The notes under the pieces are model-generated. The model worked only from the letters and a program-made list of their open reading frames with translations. It searched no databases and was not told the origin of the DNA. A DNA stretch of 64,000 nt from a virus: positions 1 to 64,000 of IMG/VR virus record IMGVR_UViG_3300049139_000178; one strand, given 5' to 3'. The translations under genes were made by a program, and so were the position numbers. Position 1 is the first letter of the stretch; each line of letters starts with the position of its first letter. This document shows, one piece after another, positions 1-9,681 of this stretch.

Positions 1-3
1 CAC

Positions 4-291
<288 letters not shown>

Positions 292-400
292 GGTCGGTTC
301 CTCGTTCCCTGGTCTGCGGTCCGTCTGTCCGGGACGCCGGCCGGGTCGGCTTCCCCGCCTCGGCGGCGGTCGCGGCCCGGTCCACCCGGTCGGCGTCCCG

Positions 401-440
401 ATGAATTAATTAAACCATAGCTCGGGGCGGGGCACAACCC
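401..440 (-). promoter_or_regulatory. conserved bipartite promoter/operator box (representative leftward copy)
   Basis: GGGTTGTG-N-CTATGGTTTAATTAATTCAT on the minus strand; other leftward copies near 1061, 4021, 4971, 6359, 8287, 10151, 13818, 14219, 15840, 16711, 26226, 29860. Confidence 0.8.
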
Positions 441-505
441 CGGGACACGGAGAAGCCCCGGACCGCGTACGGCTCCGGGGCTTCGCCGCTGTGCGTCTCA
501 GGTCG

Positions 506-1024
506 TCAGCGCGGTCCGTGCTCCCGCGCGAACTCGGCGGCGGCGTCGAGCAGGTCACGCACCTCGTCCCAGGTGCGGCCCTTCTTCTCCACCCATACGT
601 TCGCCTGGGCAGCCGGCGAGCCGGTGTAGGCGCGCACCACCGCGTCCAGCACGCGGCCGGCGACCTCTCGTGTGTCCGTGTCGCTGCACGTACGGCCGAT
701 CTCCAGGCTCGCGTACATCAGGGTGAGCGGGCCCGGGGCCGCGACCCAGGAACGCAGGGCGCGCAGCCCGGCCAGCACCAGCGCCTTCACCGACATCGAC
801 TCGTCGGCCTCGGGAACCTGCGGCTCTTCGTCCTGGAAGTTGCGCACCCAGCCACGCACCGCCAGCATCGTGGCGACGTTCTCGATGTGCTCGGACACGT
901 CGTGGCCGGTCACGGATTCCCCGGACCACCCGGTCCAGAAGCCGTCCCGGGCGGCGTACTCGGAAGTCCTGGCAATAACGTCGGCGGCGGTGAAGCTGCG
1001 GGCCGGGGCGGTGGTGTCGGTCAT
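506..1024 (-). CDS. conserved actinobacterial hypothetical protein (DUF6197-like)
   Basis: C-terminal W-x4-GRT-x2-EV-x2-LL pattern; GACCAAGGA and box upstream. Confidence 0.7.
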   Translation of the reverse strand: MTDTTAPARSFTAADVIARTSEYAARDGFWTGWSGESVTGHDVSEHIENVATMLAVRGWVRNFQDEEPQVPEADESMSVKALVLAGLRALRSWVAAPGPLTLMYASLEIGRTCSDTDTREVAGRVLDAVVRAYTGSPAAQANVWVEKKGRTWDEVRDLLDAAAEFAREHGPR

Positions 1025-1155
1025 GTCGGTTCCTCATTCCTTGGTCTGGTCGAGCACGTTGGATTAACTAAACCAAGATCCGGGGTCGGGCGCAAGACCG
1101 TACGACGAAGCCTCGGAACCTTGGGGCTTCGGGGCTTCGTTGCTGCGCTGCTCGG

Positions 1156-1407
1156 TCAAGACCGGTGGTCGACAGAGTAGTTCGCCACGCGGCCGGCGCA
1201 GTGCACCTCGTACCGTCGCACGCCGTCGGAGCCGATCGGCTCCGCGAGGATCTCGACGGGAACCATCCCGGAGCCGTTCCACAGCTCGTCCGAGATGGAC
1301 AGGTCACCCAGCTCCGCCGCCTGCCGGTCCTTGGCGTAGTCGGTGATCGTGCCCGCCTTGACGTAGCCCTCTACGGTCCAGGCGAAGGTCGTCCTGTACT
1401 CCGTCAC
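1156..1407 (-). CDS. hypothetical protein
   Basis: GTG start after GAGGAAG; protein-like composition; hairpin downstream at 1100-1142. Confidence 0.6.
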   Translation of the reverse strand: MTEYRTTFAWTVEGYVKAGTITDYAKDRQAAELGDLSISDELWNGSGMVPVEILAEPIGSDGVRRYEVHCAGRVANYSVDHRS

Positions 1408-1450
1408 AGCTTCCTCACTTCCGTGTTCGTCGTCCGTCGTACCGTAGCGG

Positions 1451-1789
1451 TCACGTGCGCGGGGGTTCACCGACTCCGTCGCACCACCTGCCGGTGGAAA
1501 AGCCGGCCGCGTCCGTCCCGACATGGTGGCCGATCACACCGCCCTTGCGGACCAGGTACGGAAACCCGCACACCGAGCACGGTCGCCGGGTGCCGACGAG
1601 AGCGCGAGCCAGCAGCTCTCCGGCAATGCGCTCCACCTCCTCCAGAACCAGGTCCCGCTCAGCCTCGTCAGGAAAGTAGTGCTCCGGGTCCCACCCGGCG
1701 CGCAGAGCCGTGACGAGGATCATTCCAGCCTGGTGCGTGGCGGTCCGCCGGATCTCCTTCGCGCGCCCCGGGGTGATCAGCTCATCCAT
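1451..1789 (-). CDS. hypothetical Cys/His zinc-binding protein
   Basis: MDELITP start coupled to the upstream gene; CSVCG...HH...C. Confidence 0.6.
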   Translation of the reverse strand: MDELITPGRAKEIRRTATHQAGMILVTALRAGWDPEHYFPDEAERDLVLEEVERIAGELLARALVGTRRPCSVCGFPYLVRKGGVIGHHVGTDAAGFSTGRWCDGVGEPPRT

Positions 1790-2036
1790 CGTTCTCACCG
1801 CCGTTGTTCGCAGGCGCGGCGGGGAAGACGAGCCAGTGGCCGCTCCGGTCCAAGCCGACGCGATCGCCGAACAGCGCCGTCTTGGTTTGGCTTCCGTCCT
1901 CGTAGACCATCCCGTCGGGCAGGGGCAACTCGACTCCGACCACGCGCATGTCATCGTTGAAGAGGGCCACGGCCCTCTGCTCCGTTTCCAGGATGTCCCC
2001 GAGTCGTTCGGGCGTGAGTCGCTGCATCCCCGTCAT
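1782..2036 (-). CDS. hypothetical protein
   Basis: ATGA overlap with the methyltransferase stop. Confidence 0.6.
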   Translation of the reverse strand: MTGMQRLTPERLGDILETEQRAVALFNDDMRVVGVELPLPDGMVYEDGSQTKTALFGDRVGLDRSGHWLVFPAAPANNGGENDG

Positions 2037-3004
2037 GACCCGGTCCTCACCGCCCGGAACAGAGACTCCGCGAGTTGTGTCGGGCAGGCGTTGCCGATCT
2101 GCTGCGGGATGTCCCCGCCCGACCACGGGTAATCCGCCGGGAATCCCTGGAGTCGCCCGGCCTCCGATTCGGTGAACCGGGGCAGCTCCTCGCCGTCCGG
2201 CCCGACGACCCGGTTACGGTTGATCTTCCCCGTCACGGTGAACGCGGGTTCGGTGCTCGCTCGCCGGCCGCGCTTCTTCGGGTCCCCGCCGGTGCCATAG
2301 TTCGAGATCACCGTGAACGGCTTCGGCCGATCGAGCGCCTCCCCCATGGACACCGGCGCGGGAAGGCCCTTGTCGCCGCTCACGCGGCCCCGGGACCACC
2401 GCCGGTGCGTCGGGGTTGGGAGCGCCACGGCGCCGTCCCTACGGGCCAGCAGGACCGCCCGGCGCCGGGTCTGCGGTACTCCGTACTGCTCGGAGTTCAG
2501 CACGCCACAGGCGACCGCGTACCCTTCGGCGCGCAGGATCTCTGCGTACGTCTGCCACACCGGCAGGGCGCCTTGTACCTGTTCCAGCACGACGGCCCGG
2601 TACGGACGTCCGGCGTCGGCAGCCGCGAGGATGTACCGCAGCGGCTCCAGGACGAGCAGCGAGCGCGCGTCCGTTCCGGGCGGGGTCGGCGGCAGGGTCT
2701 GACGGGCGGCCATCGCCTTGGCCTTTTGCTGAAGGTGGGCGAGGAGCAGACGACCGGCGCCCCGGCCGGCGACGGTGAACGTCTGGCACGGCGGACCCCC
2801 GGCGAGGATGTCCACCCCGTAGAAGTCAGCTGGGCCGTAGTCCCGGACGTCGCCGTGGACCGTGTCCAAACCCCTCGCCCGGCGGGTGGCCACGGCCCCG
2901 TCGTCGTACTCGACACCGACGACCGGGATGTCATCCGCCTCCGCAGCGATGTCCATACCGCCGGGTCCGGCGAACAGATCCAGGACTGTGCGGTACCCGA
3001 TCAT
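2033..3004 (-). CDS. DNA (cytosine-5)-methyltransferase
   Basis: motif I DLFAGPGG, catalytic GPPCQ, motif VI as EQV, PQTRRR, RLQGFP, QIGNA. Confidence 0.93.
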   Translation of the reverse strand: MIGYRTVLDLFAGPGGMDIAAEADDIPVVGVEYDDGAVATRRARGLDTVHGDVRDYGPADFYGVDILAGGPPCQTFTVAGRGAGRLLLAHLQQKAKAMAARQTLPPTPPGTDARSLLVLEPLRYILAAADAGRPYRAVVLEQVQGALPVWQTYAEILRAEGYAVACGVLNSEQYGVPQTRRRAVLLARRDGAVALPTPTHRRWSRGRVSGDKGLPAPVSMGEALDRPKPFTVISNYGTGGDPKKRGRRASTEPAFTVTGKINRNRVVGPDGEELPRFTESEAGRLQGFPADYPWSGGDIPQQIGNACPTQLAESLFRAVRTGS

Positions 3005-3510
3005 TCCTCGTCCTCCGCCTCGTCCTCGTCGGCGACGTCATCACCGCTCCAGCACCGCGCGCAGAACCAGGCGCTGGGCACCTTCGTGCCCGAGCGGTTC
3101 TCCAGCCCGGGGTGCGTCTTCTGCGTCACCTCGAACAGCCGCTCCGTGGCGTGGCTGCACGCCTCGCACCGCAGGACGGCGATGGACCGGTGAACCAGGC
3201 CGCGCCGGCGCATCTCGTCGCGCAGGGCCCGGGTGTACGCATAGACCTCCCGCTCCGCCTGGCCGTCCAGGTCACCGATCACTTCGGCGAGCTGGTACCG
3301 GCGCAGCACCTGGTCGTTACCCACGTGCTTCCAGGTAGCGCCCCGGAAGGTCGTCCGGGAGTACCGCCGGGCCATCTGACGCAGCGCGTCGAACTCCTCA
3401 GCCGTCGGCGGCACGTAATCTTCCGGCGGCCAGACCTTCACCCGGGGCGCGTAGTCGCTCGCCCGCTTCGCCTCCAGCAGGGCCCGGCGCGACAGCGTGT
3501 CGATTGCCAT
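3001..3510 (-). CDS. hypothetical protein with two CxxC motifs
   Basis: CEAC/CARC; coupled to the MTase start. Confidence 0.7.
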   Translation of the reverse strand: MAIDTLSRRALLEAKRASDYAPRVKVWPPEDYVPPTAEEFDALRQMARRYSRTTFRGATWKHVGNDQVLRRYQLAEVIGDLDGQAEREVYAYTRALRDEMRRRGLVHRSIAVLRCEACSHATERLFEVTQKTHPGLENRSGTKVPSAWFCARCWSGDDVADEDEAEDEE

Positions 3511-3513
3511 GGG

Positions 3514-3978
3514 TCAGCGCTCCCGGCGGACGGAGTGGAGGGTGAACGACCAGTTGGCACGCGGGCCGCGCTCTGCCCGGATCTGCTGGAGAGCCAGGTA
3601 CCGAGCCTCCAGCTCCGTGCGCGCGTTGACGAACACCGGCAGCAGCTCGTCACCGCTGCCGTCGGCGTCCACGGCCTTGTGCTTGAGCGTGACGGTCCAC
3701 CGGCGGTAGATCTCCCGGCGCGGGAACACCTGCGACGGCCGGTACCGCCGGGTCTGGTTCTCGTCGACCCGGGCGCAGCGCAGGTGCAGACCGTTGCTGT
3801 CCATGCGGACGTAGACGGCCGGGAACTCGATCTCATCGCCGTTCTCGTCGAACGTGCGGATGGTCACCGGCTGGCCGATGGTCGCCTGGCCGGGGCGCAG
3901 GTGGACCAGTCCGGGACGGACGCTGGACTGCCGGGCGGGCCGGCGAACCGGCCTCTCCACCGAGTAGCTGGTCATCAC
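3514..3978 (-). CDS. hypothetical protein
   Basis: first gene after the box at 4021 and GACCAAGGA at about 3996. Confidence 0.7.
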   Translation of the reverse strand: MMTSYSVERPVRRPARQSSVRPGLVHLRPGQATIGQPVTIRTFDENGDEIEFPAVYVRMDSNGLHLRCARVDENQTRRYRPSQVFPRREIYRRWTVTLKHKAVDADGSGDELLPVFVNARTELEARYLALQQIRAERGPRANWSFTLHSVRRER

Positions 3979-4092
3979 GGGCCTACTTTCCTGGTTCCTT
4001 GGTCTACGACCTAACCGGTCGATTTAGCTAAATCATAGCTGTACCCCGGGGTGAGGACAACCCCGGGGTACAGATTCAGTGGTGACGCGCGG

Positions 4093-4515
4093 TCAGGCGT
4101 CGGGCGGCCCGAGCCGACGGAACAAGCCGTCCAGTCCCTCGTTCAGCCTGTCCGCAGCCCGTTGTGCGACCTCGGGGTCACTGGGCAGACTCACCATCAA
4201 GTACGGCTTACGAGAGTGAGGCCCCTTGCGCTCCACGATCCAGCCATCGGCTTCCAGCGTGGCCGCGTAGGCGTCGATCATCTTGTGCCGCTCGGCGGCC
4301 ATCTCGTCGCTGCTCATTCGGTCGTCGTAGCCATCGTCCGTGGCGGTGAGTTCGGGCATCCGGTGTGACACCCGGACCTCGCCGTCAGTGCTCTCGTCTA
4401 CGACGTAGCCGGAGGCGGTGCACTTCCCGTACTGGTCGCTGATGGACATACGGTGCTTGGCGGACAGGGTGCGGGACACCTGATCGGTGATCTTTGAGAA
4501 GGCGAATTGAGGCAC
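4093..4515 (-). CDS. hypothetical protein
   Basis: GACCACGGA motif upstream; protein-like composition. Confidence 0.7.
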   Translation of the reverse strand: MPQFAFSKITDQVSRTLSAKHRMSISDQYGKCTASGYVVDESTDGEVRVSHRMPELTATDDGYDDRMSSDEMAAERHKMIDAYAATLEADGWIVERKGPHSRKPYLMVSLPSDPEVAQRAADRLNEGLDGLFRRLGPPDA

Positions 4516-4573
4516 GGTCGGTTCCTTCCGTGGTCAGGGAAGGGCCCCGCCGAGTGGCGAGGCCCGGGACGAT

Positions 4574-4930
4574 TCAGCGTGCGGGCAGCACGGTGTAGTG
4601 GTGGCAGCCTTCCAGCGACTTCGCCGGCGGGCCGTCGCACCCGGCGATGGAGCGGACGCCGTCCCCGGTCACACGGTAGTGCTCCACGCCGTGCCACCTC
4701 GGCACGGCCGCGATGAGCGAGCCGTCGTCGTCCCGGGCGAACGCGGGCTCCGCGTCCAGCCTGGAGAGGCCGTGCACGACGGCCTCGGCGAGGGCCTTGA
4801 GCGCCACCGTCTTGGTCCGGCCGTACACCTTCACGGGCCCGAGCGTCGCCGTCCACCGGCTGTCGCCACGCACCCACGGGTTCTCCGTCACCTCGGCCAG
4901 CAGGCCCAGCCTCGCCGTTGTCGCGTCCAT
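4574..4930 (-). CDS. hypothetical protein
   Basis: box at 4971 and GACCAAGGA at about 4942. Confidence 0.7.
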   Translation of the reverse strand: MDATTARLGLLAEVTENPWVRGDSRWTATLGPVKVYGRTKTVALKALAEAVVHGLSRLDAEPAFARDDDGSLIAAVPRWHGVEHYRVTGDGVRSIAGCDGPPAKSLEGCHHYTVLPAR

Positions 4931-5040
4931 CGCGCCCGCCTTCCTTGGTCTCCCGCCGGCCCGCCCGGCAATGACTTAATTAAATCACAGGAGCCCCGGG
5001 GCGGACAACCCCGGGGCACTGGTATAGCGGTGACGTCCGG

Positions 5041-5199
5041 TCAGTCCTCGTCCGGGACGTGCACGTTCCAGGTGTCGGTCGCCGGGTCGGACTTCACCAC
5101 CGCGTCGCGGCCCTCGGCCCGCAGGCCGTCAGCCACCGCGTCGGCCTGTCGAAGGTTGCGCTGGAGACCCGCGTCGGGGGTCGAGAACACAATGCCCAT
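5041..5199 (-). CDS. small hypothetical protein (52 aa, MGIVFSTPDAG...), not in the ORF track
   Basis: GACCAAGGAATGAGGAAAC directly upstream; open frame to TGA at 5041. Confidence 0.65.
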   Translation of the reverse strand: MGIVFSTPDAGLQRNLRQADAVADGLRAEGRDAVVKSDPATDTWNVHVPDED

Positions 5200-5283
5200 G
5201 ATCGTTTCCTCATTCCTTGGTCGGTGAGGCTGAGCCGCCTCGGGGACGCCACCGGCGCGGTGCCGATGGCGTCCACGTGAGGC

Positions 5284-5544
5284 TCAGACAGCGGACGTGC
5301 CGGGGCTGGTGGGCGGCTTCACGCTGGCGGTGCGCATCCACTCGCGGTAGTCGTCCCGCACCATGCCCTCACCGTCCGGACGGTTCAGAGCCGTGGCCGC
5401 CGCGCCGGCGAGCTGCGCGTGCACCAGGGCCAAGGAAGCCAGTACAGCCATCTCCTCCCGGGCCTCAGCGTTGCGCGGGTTCAGACTCCCCGCCCGCTCC
5501 GCCAGCCGCTCGGCCTCAAGGTAGTGCTCGGGTCCGGTAGCCAT
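5284..5544 (-). CDS. hypothetical protein
   Basis: GAGGAGA RBS; MATGPEHYLEAERL N-terminus. Confidence 0.7.
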   Translation of the reverse strand: MATGPEHYLEAERLAERAGSLNPRNAEAREEMAVLASLALVHAQLAGAAATALNRPDGEGMVRDDYREWMRTASVKPPTSPGTSAV

Positions 5545-5634
5545 CGTGTCGGTTCTCCTCGTATCTCGGATCTGAGGCTGAGCTGCCTCACAGGGGCCAC
5601 GGCCGGGCGTCCCGTCCGCGACCCCGAGCGGTGC

Positions 5635-5820
5635 TCAGCCCCTTGTGACCTGGGCTTGCTCCCACGCCCATCCATCCAGTTCGTCCGGGTCACCGGGGTT
5701 CACGAGGACCCGGCCCGCCTTGTCACGGACGATGTCGCGGACCTCCACGACTCCGTTCTGCTCGGTGTGAACCCGGTCGCCGATCCGGAAGGCATCTGCC
5801 GGGATCCGCTGTTCCGCCAT
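5635..5820 (-). CDS. small hypothetical protein (SH3-like beta composition)
   Basis: GAGGAA RBS. Confidence 0.6.
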   Translation of the reverse strand: MAEQRIPADAFRIGDRVHTEQNGVVEVRDIVRDKAGRVLVNPGDPDELDGWAWEQAQVTRG

Positions 5821-5881
5821 CGTGTCGGTTCCTCTCCGCTTGAGCCGGGGCCGCCGGTCGACGGCCCCGGGTCGGGCTGTG

Positions 5882-6307
5882 TCAGGCGTTGACCAGCTCG
5901 CGCTGCGCCGGGACGGCGACGGCCGGGCGGACCGTCTGGCGGACGGTCACCGGGGCGCCGTGCGCGAGGACCATGAGCATCACGGCCGCCTTGTACTCCG
6001 CCTTGCGCGGCTTGTAGTTGCGCAGCAGTACCTGGACCTGGGCGGAGGTGAAGTGGTTCACCTTGCGCAGCCTGGCCGCGCGGCCGTCAGTGGTGCGGTG
6101 CGTGCGGGCGACCTTGACGGGCTCCATCCCGATCCGCTTGGCGACCGAGCGCAGGCCGTTCGCCACACCGGCGGCCGTTCCGGCGTCCACACCGGCCGCG
6201 ATGGCGTGCGTCGCGAGGCTGCGACCCTTGAGCAGGGACCGGGTGAAGCGGGTGGCGGCGGCGCGCTGGGCGACGATCCGGCGGCGGAGGCGGGAGGTCT
6301 GCATCAT
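5882..6307 (-). CDS. basic hypothetical protein
   Basis: box at 6359, GACCAAGGAATGAGGAACC before ATG. Confidence 0.7.
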   Translation of the reverse strand: MMQTSRLRRRIVAQRAAATRFTRSLLKGRSLATHAIAAGVDAGTAAGVANGLRSVAKRIGMEPVKVARTHRTTDGRAARLRKVNHFTSAQVQVLLRNYKPRKAEYKAAVMLMVLAHGAPVTVRQTVRPAVAVPAQRELVNA

Positions 6308-6455
6308 GGTCGGTTCCTCATTCCTTGGTCCGTCGTTCCGGCCGGCTGGCCGTTCCGATGGATTAACTAAATCATAGATGTCGGACGGGCACAACCCCCG
6401 GACGCGAAAGAGCCCCGAACCGGTGAGGGTTCGGGGCTCGTCGGCTGGCAGTCCG

Positions 6456-6872
6456 TCACGGGTACCAGTGGCCAGCTTCGTTGCGACGGCTCACGTACAT
6501 CACGTCGTGCGTCCGCTCGGTCAGGTTGCTCACCGGCAGCGGGTATCGAACCCGGGCGCCGTGCCGGTACGTCTCGATCACTTCGCCGGGGCCGACGCCG
6601 GTCACGTGCTGAACGGTGATCGCGTCACCGGCACGCAGGCCGAGGAAGTCCGGGACGACCTGCTGAGCCACGTTCCGCCACCACCAGGCCCATGCCTTCG
6701 GGTTGCCGCGTGGGCTGGCGGGCATCGGTTCGAACAGGTCGCCGGGACGGTAGTCGTAACGGACACCAGGGTCCAGGGCGTACTGGGTCAGGTCCCGGGT
6801 CGGGCTGTAGAGGTGACCCCGGTCGAACGCCGCCGGGACGGATGACTGGGGGAGTGTCTGCGTGTCGGTCAT
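6456..6872 (-). CDS. hypothetical protein
   Basis: GACCAAGGA upstream; hairpin downstream. Confidence 0.7.
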   Translation of the reverse strand: MTDTQTLPQSSVPAAFDRGHLYSPTRDLTQYALDPGVRYDYRPGDLFEPMPASPRGNPKAWAWWWRNVAQQVVPDFLGLRAGDAITVQHVTGVGPGEVIETYRHGARVRYPLPVSNLTERTHDVMYVSRRNEAGHWYP

Positions 6873-6890
6873 GAGTTCCTCGCTCCTTGG

Positions 6891-7499
6891 TCAGTGGTCG
6901 ACGCGTGCCCAGGTGGGCGCGGCCGGCTCGTGCTCGCGGTAGCCGGTGACCCGGTCCAGCAGGGGCCAGAGCCAGGTGTCCCGGCCCCACACGGGGTCGA
7001 TGACGGCGAGGGCGACGCCGTGACGCGCCAGCTCCCGACGGGCCTCACGCCCGATGCCGGGCAGCTCCGCTTGGCGCTGAAAGCGCCTCGGACGCCCTCC
7101 GAAGCCGGTGTGCACCTCGTTGCCCCAACGCGTCGCCGGGAGGCCACGACGTGGGCCCACAGAGCGCCCGGGGCCGTACGCGGTAACGATGAGTCCGGCG
7201 CCCCGGGCCCGGCGGATGAGCGGGCCGAGGAGCGGGTTCCGGCAGGAGATCCAGCCTTCCACGGCTGCGCGCTGCTCCCACGGCCGTCCGTCGTACGCCG
7301 TGCCGGTCTCGCCGGGCTGCGAGCAGGTGGTCACCCAGCCTCGTCGGTTCAGCCGGGCGAGCACCGGCACCAGGTGTGCGGTCTCCTCGTCGGGACCGAC
7401 CGAGCAGCCGGGCTGTGAGGCGATGCGGCCCTCCAGCCAGCCGGCCATCGCCGCGCCGAGTTCGTCGATACTGCGCACGTCACGCCAGATGCGGTCCAT
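6891..7499 (-). CDS. conserved actinobacterial hypothetical protein (DUF6919-like)
   Basis: WLEG...PG...DEET...LNRRG-x-VT-x-SQPG...QRAAVEG pattern. Confidence 0.7.
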   Translation of the reverse strand: MDRIWRDVRSIDELGAAMAGWLEGRIASQPGCSVGPDEETAHLVPVLARLNRRGWVTTCSQPGETGTAYDGRPWEQRAAVEGWISCRNPLLGPLIRRARGAGLIVTAYGPGRSVGPRRGLPATRWGNEVHTGFGGRPRRFQRQAELPGIGREARRELARHGVALAVIDPVWGRDTWLWPLLDRVTGYREHEPAAPTWARVDH

Positions 7500-7501
7500 G
7501 G

Positions 7502-7750
7502 TCAGCCGGCCAGGAACGGGAGCGGATCCACGGCGTCACCGTCGGTCCACACCCACGCGTCGAACTTCTCCTCGCCCATGCGGATCTCCAGCTCGTCCAT
7601 CAGCCAGCCCCGCGTCATGGCCAGTTCCTCGCTCATCGGCATCGTCTCGGTGAGCAGCCACGTCACGCTCAGGGCCTCGTTCGTGAGGCGGCTCAGCTTC
7701 TCCCGTGCGGCGGCTTCCAGTCGCTGGCCCTCGGGCGTCTTGGCTCGCAT
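7502..7750 (-). CDS. hypothetical protein
   Basis: GACCAAGGA at about 7770, GAGGA RBS. Confidence 0.7.
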   Translation of the reverse strand: MRAKTPEGQRLEAAAREKLSRLTNEALSVTWLLTETMPMSEELAMTRGWLMDELEIRMGEEKFDAWVWTDGDAVDPLPFLAG

Positions 7751-7830
7751 GGCGTCCTCGATTCCTCAGTTCCTTGGTCAGGGTGGTGCAGGGCCCCTGA
7801 ATCACCAACCGGCTCCGGGGCCCGGGGTGG

Positions 7831-8259
7831 TCAGTCGGTGAGGCCCGGCACCTCGCCGGCCCGCTGCGCCTCACGCAGGGCCGCGATCGCGGGGCCGGAC
7901 GTACGGACCGGAGACAGGCCCGCGCGCTTGGCGGCCTCGTGCAGGTCCGGCGTGCCGTGGTGCTCCAGGTACCAGTTCCGGAGGAACTCCTGCTCGGCCT
8001 GCCGGACGACCGCGCGCTCAGCCTCCTTGCGCTCGCGCTCCTCGTCGGCCGCGCGCTTGATGCCGGCGCGGACCTCGCGAACGGTCCAGCCGGCCGCCTT
8101 GGCCGCGCAGGACGTCCCGAAGTAGGAGACCTCGCCGCCCTCGTTGCCGTCGTCGTCAAGTGGGGCCAGCATGACCGTGCCCTTCAGCTCTACCTTGCCG
8201 CACAGCTCGCAGTTGGTGACCTCGTCCGTGGTGCCCTTGACGCGGTAAGCCTTCAGCAT
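7831..8259 (-). CDS. hypothetical zinc-binding protein
   Basis: CELCGK...YFGTSCA; box at 8287. Confidence 0.75.
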   Translation of the reverse strand: MLKAYRVKGTTDEVTNCELCGKVELKGTVMLAPLDDDGNEGGEVSYFGTSCAAKAAGWTVREVRAGIKRAADEERERKEAERAVVRQAEQEFLRNWYLEHHGTPDLHEAAKRAGLSPVRTSGPAIAALREAQRAGEVPGLTD

Positions 8260-8587
8260 GGTCTGCTCCTTGGTCGGTCCCTCTTGATGACTTAATTAAA
8301 TCATAGGCTCACCGACGGGACAACCCCCGGACGCGACGGAGCCCGAGACCTAAAGGCCCCGGGCTCCGTGTCTAAAATTTTCGACACGAGGTCAGGTCTT
8401 GGGCTTCGGAGACAGTGCGAGGCAGCGGGGCCCGCCCGCCTTGTGCCACTCCATCGCCGGCTCGCGGCGGGAGCCGTGGTCAGGGCAGTCAGGATCCGGG
8501 ATGATCCCGCTGCACGTCTGTACAGGGCACGAGCAGCGAGGGCTGGGCGCTGCGTACGGGAGCGCGTGGAGAAGCATGGGGCTCTTT

Positions 8588-8830
8588 CTACCGCCCGTCG
8601 GCCGCGCGGTCCACGCGGAACGCGTAGCCGGACGTCTCGTGCTTCACCGTCTCGCCGATCGGCCGGCCGACGAGGCCGGCGGCGAAGGTCCGCGCCTCAC
8701 CGCGCGGCACGCGGGAGTTGTCCATCAGGCAGTACGCGACGGCCACCTCCACCTCGCGCAGCGTGCGCAGAGCCGTCGGGTTCGTCTTCTCGGTGCCGTC
8801 GGGCAGAGTGCGGGTCAGGGAGTACTTCAC
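8588..8830 (-). CDS. hypothetical protein
   Basis: GACCAAGGA at about 8843. Confidence 0.65.
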   Translation of the reverse strand: MKYSLTRTLPDGTEKTNPTALRTLREVEVAVAYCLMDNSRVPRGEARTFAAGLVGRPIGETVKHETSGYAFRVDRAADGR

Positions 8831-8849
8831 GGGTTCCTCGATTCCTTGG

Positions 8850-9077
8850 TCACAGCTCGTCCTTCTCCAGGGACCAGCACACCGTGTTGACGTCAGCCAT
8901 CAACGCGCCGGTGCGGCCCAGTACCTGCTCCAGGATCGACTCCCGGAGCTGTTTGTAGACCTGACTCCGGGTGGTCCCGGGCAGCAGGTGCACGGTCCCG
9001 TAGTCACCGGCAGTCGTCTGCACTCCATTGATGGTTCCGTTCAGGGTGAGAACCCAGTGGTACGTCGTCCGGGCCAT
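8850..9077 (-). CDS. hypothetical protein
   Basis: TGATG coupling to the upstream gene. Confidence 0.65.
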   Translation of the reverse strand: MARTTYHWVLTLNGTINGVQTTAGDYGTVHLLPGTTRSQVYKQLRESILEQVLGRTGALMADVNTVCWSLEKDEL

Positions 9078-9406
9078 CAGACCGCACCGCTCAAGTACTC
9101 GGCGAGGTCACGCTGCATGCCGTCCCAGACGGCCAGGGCAAACTCCGCTGCGACGATGCTGCGGCCGTCGTGGTTGGCGTGCGCCCGGTCGAGCCGCCGC
9201 TGGAAGGCGTCCGTGATGGCCTGCGCGCTCAGCCCGTCCCGGTTGCGCAGATCGGAGAGCGTGCGGGTGGCGACCAGGAAGCCGTCGGTGCGCAGGCCCT
9301 TGGCGACCTCGGGCTCTATGTCGCCGCTCAGCACCTTGCGCATCAGGTACGCGTCGGCTTCCTCGTGCGCGTGCGCCAGCAGCGGCCGGGGGTTCGTGTC
9401 GGTCAT
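9077..9406 (-). CDS. hypothetical protein
   Basis: GACCAAGGA at about 9418. Confidence 0.7.
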   Translation of the reverse strand: MTDTNPRPLLAHAHEEADAYLMRKVLSGDIEPEVAKGLRTDGFLVATRTLSDLRNRDGLSAQAITDAFQRRLDRAHANHDGRSIVAAEFALAVWDGMQRDLAEYLSGAV

Positions 9407-9424
9407 GCGGTCCTCGTTCCTTGG

Positions 9425-9622
9425 TCAGCCGTTCGTCACGGTGTGCTTAGAGCATCGGGCGTGCCCCTGCATCTTCATCCGCTTGCACTTCCCACCGGCC
9501 CGCGTGGGGGCACCGCACTGGCGGGCCGAGTCGTGCGAAGCGCACACGAGCTGGCCGGGCTGCACCGGGTTGATGCAGCCGTAGCCGTTCGACGTGGTGG
9601 CCGAGCAGCGGGCGGTGCTCAT
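9425..9622 (-). CDS. small tandem C3H zinc-ribbon protein
   Basis: two C-x9-C-x10-C-x2-H repeats; GACCAAGGA upstream. Confidence 0.7.
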   Translation of the reverse strand: MSTARCSATTSNGYGCINPVQPGQLVCASHDSARQCGAPTRAGGKCKRMKMQGHARCSKHTVTNG

Positions 9623-9681
9623 GGGTCCCTCGTTCCTTGGTCGGGGGCCCGGGAGCCGCTGGGGCTCCCGGGCCGGGGTCC

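Noticed and set aside
2033-3510. Type II restriction-modification pair
   Set aside because: No recognisable endonuclease motif in the neighbouring genes.
8392-8577. 61-aa Cys-rich ORF
   Set aside because: Plausible by position but with weak start signals; not enough support to list as a feature.
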